From IMG/VR virus record IMGVR_UViG_3300028914_000064, positions 1 to 64,000 of that record: a DNA stretch of 64,000 bases. One strand, written 5' to 3'. A program made the position numbers and the translations under genes. Position 1 is the first letter of the stretch. Each line of letters begins with the position of its first letter. This DNA is from a virus (Duplodnaviria; Caudoviricetes). Below are positions 1 to 9,600 of the stretch, in pieces. Under the pieces are notes generated by a model. That model did no database searches. It was not told the DNA's origin and worked only from the letters and a program-made list of their open reading frames with translations.

Positions 1-125
1 TGGCATATACAAGTTATTTTTGATGTAGTGGTGAAAAACTTTCCGGATGGGAGTGCGAATTGTCCCCATGACTGAGGAGCTACTACAATCCAATCCGAGT
101 CATAATCTGGATTTTTAAATTTGCT
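1..125 (-). CDS. Partial start-less tail-fibre tip cassette A (runs off the window)
   Basis: Open frame from the crossover-site AGC codon: SKFKNPDYDSDWIVVAPQSWGQFALPSGKFF...; YDSxW is typical of phage fibre C-terminal domains. Confidence 0.65.
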
Positions 126-136
126 AGTTTTAGTAG
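118..136 (-). other. Shufflon crossover site 1 (partial)
   Basis: Minus strand CTACTAAAACTAGCAAATT; has the TAGCAAWT core but lacks the TTCG arm. Confidence 0.55.
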
Positions 137-152
137 AAACAACATTTCAAGC

Positions 153-479
153 TCATCTGGTTGCAACATAAATCAAAGTTTGATCATTTGTAAGCAACTG
201 CCCACCAAAAGTAATAACTTTAGCTATGATACCTGATTGATTCATGGAAAGCTGCACAGACATACAATCCGCAGAGGAATAATAATATCCGCCAACTAAG
301 TTGTATTTGCCAGAAGCAGGCAACATAACTTTGCAAACATGGAAAGATACTGTTCTTACATTCGTATCATCCATTTTTACAAGAATAAAGGCTTCTGTCC
401 ATCCCGATGCGAATGTGATTACTGTGCTTACTACACCGATTCCAGAATAATCAATCGACAAATCTGACTTTAAATTGCT
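153..479 (-). CDS. Start-less tail-fibre tip cassette B
   Basis: Frame SNLKSDLSIDYSG...IYVATR begins at site 2; about 108 aa, beta-rich, no RBS or ATG of its own. Confidence 0.7.
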   Translation of the reverse strand, partial: SNLKSDLSIDYSGIGVVSTVITFASGWTEAFILVKMDDTNVRTVSFHVCKVMLPASGKYNLVGGYYYSSADCMSVQLSMNQSGIIAKVITFGGQLLTNDQTLIYVATR

Positions 480-490
480 ATATTGCGAAA
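472..490 (-). other. Shufflon crossover site 2
   Basis: Minus strand TTTCGCAATATAGCAATTT. Confidence 0.75.
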
Positions 491-560
491 TTAAAAAACT
501 TACTTTCATAATGAAAAAATAAGGCACCTCTTGTCGATATAATATGACAGGAGGTGTTTT

Positions 561-1547
561 ATGGAAGAAGTAATTAATAAAATCGTAAACGCAATGGATG
601 ATTTGTCACCAGAGCAGATCAGAAAGCTTAGGAATGTGTTGATTATCAATCTTAACAATCAACCAAGTCCGAAGAATGAAGTGAGCACAGGTTTTGAAAG
701 TTGGGAGCAGATTCTTAAGAATTATCTTGGCTGTAAGAAGCTTGAGAACTGTGCAGATGGAACTATTATGAACTACCGAAGGATTCTGAGGATAATGTAT
801 TCTGAGATTGGAAAGCCAATAAGAGACATTACTTCTAATGACTTAAGGTTTTTTATGGCTAAGTACATAGAAGAAAGAAAAATCTCAATGCAATACTCGG
901 AAAACATTAGGCACATTCTGAATGGATTCTTTAGATGGTGCCAGGATGAAGAGATTATCCGGACGAATCCTGCAAGAAAGCTTCAAAGGATAAAAGTCCC
1001 AAGGCTGATAAAGAAACCATACACGGCAGAGGAAAGGCTTAGACTTACAAGAACAGCCAAGTGTATGCGAGATATGGCAATCATGGAAGTCTTGTATAGC
1101 ACTGCGGGAAGACTTGGCGAAATCCTAGCTTTGAACAGAGAGGATGTAAAGTTTATTGGCAACAAAGCGGAAATCATAATATATGGACAGAAAGGCAAGG
1201 CAGAGAGAAAAGTCTTTCTTACAGAGCAAAGTGTTTATTATCTGAAGAGTTACCTTGAAAGTCGAACAGATAATGATCCTGCATTATTTGTATCTTTAAG
1301 AAAGCCATTTCATAGGATTGATGAAAGAGCAGTTCAGTTAATGATTAAGAATCTTGGAGAACGGTGCGGAGTAGTGGCACATCCACATAAGTTCAGAAGG
1401 ACTCTCTTAACTGATATGAGCAAACGTGGAGCAAACATTCAGGACATAAAGGAATATGCAGGGCATGTGAAGATTGAAACGACAATGCTTTATGTTTCAA
1501 CCAATGAAGAGTCAGTCAAAGCAGCATTTGATAGATGTATAAGCTGA
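561..1547 (+). CDS. Tyrosine recombinase (XerC/D-like; probable shufflon invertase)
   Basis: N-terminal SAM-like domain; catalytic R (AGRLGE), HPHKFRR, AGH and TTMLY; AGGAGG RBS; flanked by cassettes. Confidence 0.92.
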   Translation: MEEVINKIVNAMDDLSPEQIRKLRNVLIINLNNQPSPKNEVSTGFESWEQILKNYLGCKKLENCADGTIMNYRRILRIMYSEIGKPIRDITSNDLRFFMAKYIEERKISMQYSENIRHILNGFFRWCQDEEIIRTNPARKLQRIKVPRLIKKPYTAEERLRLTRTAKCMRDMAIMEVLYSTAGRLGEILALNREDVKFIGNKAEIIIYGQKGKAERKVFLTEQSVYYLKSYLESRTDNDPALFVSLRKPFHRIDERAVQLMIKNLGERCGVVAHPHKFRRTLLTDMSKRGANIQDIKEYAGHVKIETTMLYVSTNEESVKAAFDRCIS

Positions 1548-1563
1548 TATAATGAGCTTTTTG

Positions 1564-1592
1564 AGGCTGTCCGAGAGGATGGCTTATTTTTC
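1564..1592 (+). terminator. Intrinsic terminator after the recombinase
   Basis: GGCTGTCC-GAGA-GGATGGCT hairpin followed by a T-run. Confidence 0.6.
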
Positions 1593-1629
1593 GTGCAATT
1601 TTTTAATAAAGTATGAGGCGATAAAAAAC

Positions 1630-1648
1630 ATGCGCAATTTAGCAATCT
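1630..1648 (+). other. Shufflon crossover site 3
   Basis: ATGCGCAATTTAGCAATCT, inverted relative to sites 1, 2 and 4. Confidence 0.65.
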
Positions 1649-1753
1649 CATAAAATCTGCCTAGCTACTTATGTGGATAGAAACAGTTTTACACACGGTA
1701 CTCTTGCACAGGTTGGCTTGAATTTTGTTTTGACTTATTACTATACTTCTTGA
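1641..1753 (+). pseudogene. Internally deleted tail-fibre cassette C
   Basis: SNLIKSA* from the site; a shifted frame (1661-1753) reads LATYVDRNSFTHGTLAQVGLNFVLTYYYTS*, resembling a cassette C-terminus. Confidence 0.5.
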
Positions 1754-1770
1754 AAATATTTATCCGTCAA

Positions 1771-2151
1771 TCAAGTAGTTAGGTATGTACAACCAAGAAA
1801 CATTGAGTCATAACCTGTTGTGCTTATTCCGTAGCCTGTTTTAAGTCCTCCATCACTACGCACTTCAAAAGAAACTGCTCTTCTTTGGTTAGGGTCACCT
1901 GATTTTGTTAGAAAACCGCTAAAATATAGATTACTTGCTTGCGGACGAAAACCACTTGGGATAGTGCAAATATTATAGGAATTTGGAATCATATCTTGTC
2001 CATTTGGTCTTGTACAAGCAACTTGAAGTGTGACTACTTTTTGAGATTTTTGTATAAGGTTCACCGTATAGGTAAGCCCCCATCCCGCGTCGCTTACGTA
2101 TGCATTAGATATACTAGGGTCTACTTGGTCTATGCGAGAACTCAAATTGCT
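1771..2151 (-). CDS. Start-less tail-fibre tip cassette D
   Basis: SNLSSRIDQV...ICTIPSGFRPQ...GCTYLTT; xxPxGFRP fibre-tip motif; in-frame stop just upstream of the site. Confidence 0.78.
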   Translation of the reverse strand, partial: SNLSSRIDQVDPSISNAYVSDAGWGLTYTVNLIQKSQKVVTLQVACTRPNGQDMIPNSYNICTIPSGFRPQASNLYFSGFLTKSGDPNQRRAVSFEVRSDGGLKTGYGISTTGYDSMFLGCTYLTT

Positions 2152-2162
2152 ATTTTACGAAC
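2144..2162 (-). other. Shufflon crossover site 4
   Basis: Minus strand GTTCGTAAAATAGCAATTT. Confidence 0.75.
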
Positions 2163-2469
2163 TCATCTACCATGTGTAGACAGAGACCCCGACTTTCGTA
2201 ATGCGATTGTCGGCTTTAGATGGGGTAGAATCTATAAACCTATCCGAGAGGTTGAAGGAGACAACCATAAAAACTCCTTTGCATTAATATGTAAAAGATT
2301 ATTGTTTTTATATATAAGATCATTTTGATATGTTAATAAAAGGAACAATAGACTATTTCGATTTATAAAATTGGGAATGGTCTTTTTATTTTGCATGAAA
2401 ACTCTCACGTATTAACGTGATTGCAATAAAGAGAAACAAGTAAACCATAATCAAAGGAGGAAAAATCAG

Positions 2470-2946
2470 ATGGATAGAATAGTTTTTAACAACAAAACAT
2501 TCAATCTTGCAGTAAATGGAGTAAGCGTATCAACTGATACTCTCGTACTATCAATCGTTAGTGATGATTTCGATAGAGTTGAAAGTGCATGTACTCCGGT
2601 AGAGGAGATTGTTCAGAAACTTGAGGATGGGACTAAGGTTGCAAGTTATGTCGGTTATACAAAACTTGTTTCATTAAATAAAATGTTCCATCAGGTTGTA
2701 GATTACGATCATGATACACATGAAGAACAGCGTCCTAAAGTGGATCCTAATACCGGAGAATATGTTATTGACTCGGAAACTGGAGAGATTGAAACAGAGA
2801 CAGTTGTTGTGACAACAGATATTCCTATTTATGCAGATGTTATTGTTGTTACACTTTTTCAGCCTACTTTAGAGGATATTGTTTCTGATCAGGGAGAACA
2901 GATTACTGAGATTCAGGAAATCATTGACGAGCTTCTTGAAAGTTAA
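2470..2946 (+). CDS. Phage protein, possible tail-fibre assembly chaperone
   Basis: Strong RBS; acidic with coiled-coil C-terminus; follows the fibre locus. Confidence 0.55.
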   Translation: MDRIVFNNKTFNLAVNGVSVSTDTLVLSIVSDDFDRVESACTPVEEIVQKLEDGTKVASYVGYTKLVSLNKMFHQVVDYDHDTHEEQRPKVDPNTGEYVIDSETGEIETETVVVTTDIPIYADVIVVTLFQPTLEDIVSDQGEQITEIQEIIDELLES

Positions 2947-2965
2947 TTAAAAGGAGGGTTCAATT

Positions 2966-3106
2966 ATGATCGATACTTTAGCAAAAGCAAAGAATGCAGC
3001 AAGACTTATCTACAAAGGAAAGAGAACTATTAATGATTATCAGCCTGAAGAACAGGTTTTAATTCGCCAGGCTTATAAAATCATTTATGGAGTAGATCTT
3101 CCATGA
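2966..3106 (+). CDS. Small phage protein (46 aa, XkdX-like position)
   Basis: AAGGAGG RBS; MIDTLAKAKNAARLIYKGKRTINDY...GVDLP; hairpin downstream. Confidence 0.6.
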   Translation: MIDTLAKAKNAARLIYKGKRTINDYQPEEQVLIRQAYKIIYGVDLP

Positions 3107-3178
3107 TACTACTTCTCTCCTATTGGGTGTCAAAACCCCATAGGGGATTTTTTATATTAGTGAAAGGAGGATTGAGGA

Positions 3179-3673
3179 ATGGCTACTTGGTCGGAAATAG
3201 AAAAACAAATATATAAACATGCTAGACGGGCTTGTAGTGCAAGTGCTGCAAAAGTAAGGGATGAACTTTATCAAGAAGCAAAAACTGCTATTTCGGATTT
3301 TTATGCACACTATGAACCAAGATATTATAAGCGTTATGAATGGAATTTTAAAAAGAATAGTTTTAAAAAAAGATACATCGATCATGGTGGAAATTCTATT
3401 ATATATGGTGGAATAGAGCTTACTCCTCAGTCCTTAAAAGATCTTTATAAAGATTCAACGCAAGAAGTATTTGATACAGTATTTTCCGGCTTTCATGGTA
3501 TTGCAGGAAGATATCATATTCCTTCTGGGATTACACTTATTCCTCCAAGGATGACTCCTTCTCCAGAGCAACGACTTTTAGATAAGCAGAAAGAAATAAT
3601 GAAAAAAAAGAAATATTATCAAATATATGGGAAAAAGGTCGCAGCTAGAGAATGTCCTTTGTTTATAAAGTGA
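3179..3673 (+). CDS. Hypothetical phage protein
   Basis: RBS; abuts the tape measure gene. Confidence 0.7.
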   Translation: MATWSEIEKQIYKHARRACSASAAKVRDELYQEAKTAISDFYAHYEPRYYKRYEWNFKKNSFKKRYIDHGGNSIIYGGIELTPQSLKDLYKDSTQEVFDTVFSGFHGIAGRYHIPSGITLIPPRMTPSPEQRLLDKQKEIMKKKKYYQIYGKKVAARECPLFIK

Positions 3674-3674
3674 G

Positions 3675-6600
3675 GTGAGAATAATGCGGAAAAATGAAGG
3701 AAATATTATTCAGATTGGATTTTATAGTGATGTAGAAGGTTTTATAAAAGAAATAAGACAGAAATTGTCATATGTAAAAGATTGGGGATTAAAGGATTCT
3801 TTCAAGGAAGAAGTTGATGACTTAGAAAAAATGCTTTCTAATCTTTCAAAGTCCTTTTCTGATGGAATGAGTGCGAAGCTTGATACAAAGACGTTTGCGA
3901 CTTTCAAGAAGGAAATGGCCAATGAAATAAATGAGGTTGTAAAGCGTATAGAAACCCTTGAAGACACTGTTCAGGGTCTTGTTCTTACGTTTGATTCAGC
4001 GGATGGAGGAAAATTTAAAACATATATTTCTTCTGTTAGCTCAGATGTAAATAACCTTAAAACTACTATTGAATATACTGTTAAAGCAATTGAAGAGCTT
4101 AAAAGTGTAATAAGTAGAAGTGATGGGAAAATTCAATTTGCTGATGATCGTACTACTGTTCTTCTTAATAAGGAACTTTCAGAGCTTCAAGAAATAAAAA
4201 GTCTTCGTGAACAGATAGCCAGTATTATAGATGACAATAAATCTGGAAGTACTGAAATATCTCCAAATATGAAAGAAGCTAAAGAGCAAGTTGAGGATTA
4301 TGGTAAAAAATTAGAAGAAGCTCAAAAAAAATTATCTAAAGGTTTAGCAGGTAGTGTAGGTGGTAGAAAATTGACAACCCTTCAATATGAGTTGGCTGTT
4401 GTCACTGAACAGATAGCATCATTGTTTCAAGATGCAGGAGGAAAATATGGAGATAAAGTAAAAGATGTTTTTTCTTCTAAAATTCGAGAGATGATGTATA
4501 ACGCTGAGGGCGAAGTTCTTACTTTCGAAGAAAGAACTCAAAAAAGAATTGAGAAAGTCAGAGAAGGATTAAATCAGTTAGGAAATCCTTCTGCTCTTTC
4601 AATGGATAAAGCAAGAACTACTTTGTTTGCTCCTTTGGATATTAGTACTTCAAGTAAAGATATAATTGATAAAGCAATTAAGATTATCAATAAAGCTCAA
4701 AAAGAGATAGATAATAATCCTTTAAAAATAGAGTTTGTTCTTTCGTCAAAATATTCCTCTAGAAAGACAAATAGTCTTTTATCAGAATGGCAAAAACAGA
4801 TAGATAACATTGAAGATGATGAATTAAGAGAAAAATTCAAAGGTCTTTATGAAACCATTGCAAAAGATTTTAAAAAAGAGATAAAGTTCACTGTTACCCC
4901 CGACATCAATAATGCTGAAGCAAAAGTAAATAAACTTATTGCAGACATTAAAAAAAAAGTTGAAAGTAAAATTCATCTTCAATTTGAAATCAAAGAAGCC
5001 GATTTAAGAAAAATTCAGGGTAATCTTGATAAACTTACTTCTAATCTTAAAGTAAATCTTTCTGATTTAAATATTGTTGAGGTAACAGATTCAATTAAAG
5101 AAGCAACGGAATCACTTCAAAAGATGTTGGGTGTTTTTTCAAAAGAAGATCTTGATAGTATTTTTGAAAGAATGCGGACATCAATTGAGGGAATAAATGG
5201 AAGTCTCCGTGGTGGTGATAAAAACGAACTTGTTTCACAATTAAAAGAGATTTTAGTTCTTTATAAGCAATATAAGGATATGGGTGGAACTAATACTCTT
5301 ACTGATCTTGGTGGAGCAAAAAATGTACAGAATTGGCTTTCAAAACATGCAGATGATGAGATTCAGACTTCTAATTCTTTTGTTTCTGAAGGCAAAAATG
5401 GAATTCAAGGATATGCAGAAGGTATTCGTGAAGGGATACCAGAAGTTGTGAAGGCAACGGAAGAATTGGTGAAAGCTGCGCTCAAAACTCTTCAAAAAGC
5501 ACAAGAATCTTACTCTCTTATTGGGAAAAATTCAATCAAGGAATATGTAAAAGAATTTGAGAAAGCGACTGATGAATTAAAACGAGTTGCTTCAAAATTA
5601 AGTGACGATACTATTAAGTCATCAAGTATTTCTCAACAAAAGAAAAAGGCTTCAACTCAAAAAACAAAAAAGAAGGCTGATAATGCCTTGGTAAGTGATT
5701 CCCAACCTCTTATTTCGAAAAATGTTTCTAAAGAAATTGAAAAAGCTGCTACTGCTATAGAAAAAGAAGGGAAATCTGCTTCAACTGCTAAGAAAAAAAA
5801 AGAAGACTTTGCAAAAGCAAATGAAAAAGTTGCAAAGGCAAGTAAAAAAACTGCTGAAGAAACTAAAAGTGCTACTGAAGCTATAGAAGCAGAACAAAAA
5901 AAAGCAGAAAAAGCTAGAGAAGCAGCTCTACAATATGAACAAAGAACCCGTAGAGCAAATGATCAAAAAGTGGGTAATGATAGAGAAGCAGCTTTACAGT
6001 ATGAACAAAGGACAAGAAGAGCAAATACTCAGAAAGAAGAAAAAGAAAGAGAAGCAGCTTTACAGTATGAGCAGAAAGTTCAAAAAGCATATACTCAAAA
6101 GATAGATAAAGAAAGAGAATCTGCTTTACAATATGAACAGAGAACAAGAATGGCAAATGCTCAGAAAGAAGAAACGGATAGAGAAGCTGTTTTGCAATAT
6201 GAGCAAAAAACCAGAAGGGCAAATGCTCAGAAAGAAGAAAAAGAGCGAGAAGCTGCTTTACAATATGAACAAAAAACTCGAAGAGCAAATATACAACAAG
6301 AAGAAAAAGATAGAGAAGCTGCTTTACAATATGAACAAAAAGTTCAGAGAGCTTATGCCCAAAAACTAGAAAAAGAACGAGAAGCCACTCTACAATATGA
6401 GCAAAAAACAAGAAGAGCAAATGCCCAAAAAGAAGAAAAAGAAAGAGAAACTATTTTACAGTATGAACAAAAGGTTCAAAAAGCTTATGCTCAAAAGACG
6501 GAAAAAGAGAGAGAAGCCGCCTTGCAATATGAACAGAAAGCTCGAATGGCAAATGCTCAAAAAGCGGAAAAAGAAAGTGAACAGGTTCTTAGAGAAACTC

Positions 6601-9600
6601 AAAAGATAAATAGAGCTAATGCTGCTATAAAGACAGATATGCTCAATTCGATTCTTAAAGACTTAAAAGGAAGTAAATTCAATAAAACTTTTATAAGTCC
6701 TTTTCAAGACCAGATAACTCAACTTCGTGAACAAGTGAAGCATCTTCTATCTCTTGATGATGTTGATTATGATAGTATTAAGAAGCTTCAAACAGAACTT
6801 GAAAGATTAAAAGATAGTGTTTCAGATAAAGATACTCTACGCACTTTAACAAAAGCAGAAACTACGGCTGTTACAAATCTGCAAAGAAAGATTAGTAATT
6901 TTTTAAAACAGAATTCTGCCATGTCTCAAGAATTCAAAGACGAATTGATAGATCTTCTAAAAACTTTAAGTAATGCTGGCGGAATTACTGAAGATACTTT
7001 TAGAAAAGTAGCTGAAAGATTTAATTTAATCGATTCGATAATTTCAGCAATAGATAAAAAGGGTCTTTCATTTGGTGCTCATTTCTTTAAAATGCTTAAG
7101 AGTGCAAATGCTCAATTTCTTGCTACTTATTTTAGTTTCCAGGATCTTGTCAGATATTTGAGAGAAGGTTTGCAAATAATAGTTGAAGTAGATACTGCCC
7201 TTACAGAGCTTAGAAAAGTAAGTGATGCTACTGATAAGAGATTATCACAAAGTTTTAGAGAATCTGCAAAGACTGCAAAAGAACTTGGAGATACTATTTC
7301 AAATGTTATTGGAGTTACAGCTGATTGGGCAAGACTTGGATACTCTGTGGATGATGCAGAAAAGCTTGCCAAAGTTACTACTCTCTTTATGACGGTTGGC
7401 GACAATATGACTTCAGAGGATTCAAGTTCCTATCTTATTTCCACCTTAAAAGGTTTTGGGAAAGCTGCTGATGAAGCTGAAGATATTGTAGATGTTTATA
7501 ATGAAGTTGCTAACAACTGGGCCATTGATACAGCCGGTATAGGTGAAGCTTTACAGAGATCTGCTGCATCCTTTTATGCTGCAAATACTGATCTTGAAAA
7601 AGCAGTGGCTCTTATTACTGCTACTAATACTGTTATTCAAGATCCTTCTTCTGTTGGTACTTTATGGAAAACCTTGTCTGCTCGTATTAGAGGAGCAAAA
7701 ACAGAATTACAAGAGCTTGATGAAGAAGAAGATGAATTTACTGAAACAACATCAAAATTAAGAGATCTTGTAATGGGTCTTACAGGTTTCGATATTTTAG
7801 AAAGTGATCTAAAAACATATAAGGATATCTATGAGATTATTTTGGGCATTGGAGAAAAATGGCAAGATCTCTCAGATATTGAGCAGGCTTCACTTGCAGA
7901 AGCGTTAGCCGGAAAAAGAAATAGTAATGCTCTTCTTGCTGTGTTAAATAATCTTGATACTCTTCAAGGAGCATATAAGTCAGCGCTTGAAGCCGAGGGA
8001 AGTGCAAGAAAAGAGCAAGAAAATTATGCACGTTCTGTACAGTATTCTATTGATGTATTAAAAGCTGCTTCACAAGAATTTTGGACTACTTTAATAAATT
8101 CAGATGGAGCAAAATTTATAATTGATTTCCTTACAAAGGTTGTTGAATTTCTTACAGAGATAACTCGTATCACTCATGGTAGTCTTGCTCTTGGAGGAGG
8201 CATATTATTAGTATTGTTTGGAAAAGATCCGGAAGGGTTCGCAAACAATTTTATTAAGCTTTTAGATTCTTTGGGCAAAGATTTAAAATTCATAACATTA
8301 GAAATGGATTCTATGGGAAGAGTTACAAAAAGGACAGTTGATACTTTTAAAGCATTGCAATTATCAATAAAAGCTGTGATTGCTATTTTAGTAATAGCAG
8401 CTGCTATAAAAGCATGGCAACACTTTAATGTTACTGTAGAAGAAACACAAACTGAGATCGATGAGCTCACTCAAAAGATAAAAGGAATAAAAGATGAAAT
8501 AAGTGAGCTTGAAAATATTGAGTCAAAAACAGATAATCAAAAGGAGAGATTATCTTATCTTAGGAGCGAACTTGAGATAAAAGAAAAACTTCTAAAAATA
8601 GAAGAACGTAGAAAAGCTGCCGAATCAGTAACTTCTAAAAATGATAGTTGGGTAAAAAAATTCACCGATTCTTTTGATAAAGATAATTACACGACTTATC
8701 TAGAAAATTTCAAAGAAGATAAACGTGTAAAAGCTAATGATATGAATCCTGGAGATTTAGCACAAGTAGAAGAAACCTTTCAACCAAATCTTGATATTAA
8801 AGCAGATTCTGAATTATATCAAGAATTAACAGAAAAAGTTAAAGGATATGAAAATCAGCTAGCTAGTCTTACAAAAGGTTCTAAAGAATATAATAGAGTA
8901 AATTCTGATCTCACAAAAACTTCTGCTAAGCGTGATGAAATAGAAAGTTCGATCATAAATAATTACGAAAAGGAATATGAAGATTATCTGCTTTTAACTC
9001 AAAAGCTTAACGAGATTAAAGAAATAAGAGAAGGTTTATCAAAAGATGATCCACTTCAGGGAACTTATATTGAATTAGAAAAAGGCTATGAAGAATATAT
9101 AGAAAAGGAAAGAGATTTTCTTGTTAAAGTCAGAGAGCTTTTGGGTAAAGATACTTCTGATCTTACTATTGATAAAAGACTTAATGAAGCAAATTCTAAG
9201 ATTGCAAAGGGAAATAAAAAAGAACTTGCAAAACTAGAAGAAGAAGTAAAATATTTTTCTTTAGAAGAAAAAGAAGCTTGGATAATTGCTACTGAAGGAG
9301 CAAAAGATGCCGCTGAAGCTCTTAAGATGTACGAAGAATATTTATTGGAAGTACAGGAAGCTGCAGAGAATGGTGTTGCTACTAAGTTTGATCAGGCAAA
9401 ATTTTCTGAACAGGTAAATAAATTAGATGCTCTTCAGTCAGCATATAATACGTTTGTTGAAAACGTAGAAAATGGCGAATCAAAGATTAATCTTGATATA
9501 TCTGATATCGATGCTCTTCGTGAAGATTTCGGATCACTTGAATCTTTTGATGAATTTGAACTTAAAGTTACGGCTGATACTTCTGGTGTTGATGAAATAC

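Noticed and set aside
561-1547. Recombinase as a prophage integrase marking an att boundary
   Set aside because: Surrounded by fibre cassettes and inverted sites, with no host genes adjacent
2160-2290. GC-richer hairpin region and 33-codon minus-strand ORF upstream of cassette D
   Set aside because: No recognisable RNA family; the ORF stops before the crossover site, so it cannot be the constant fibre gene
5914-6609. Repetitive shadow ORFs; possible CRISPR-like 66-bp periodicity
   Set aside because: In-frame coding repeats of the TMP with synonymous variation and no unique spacers
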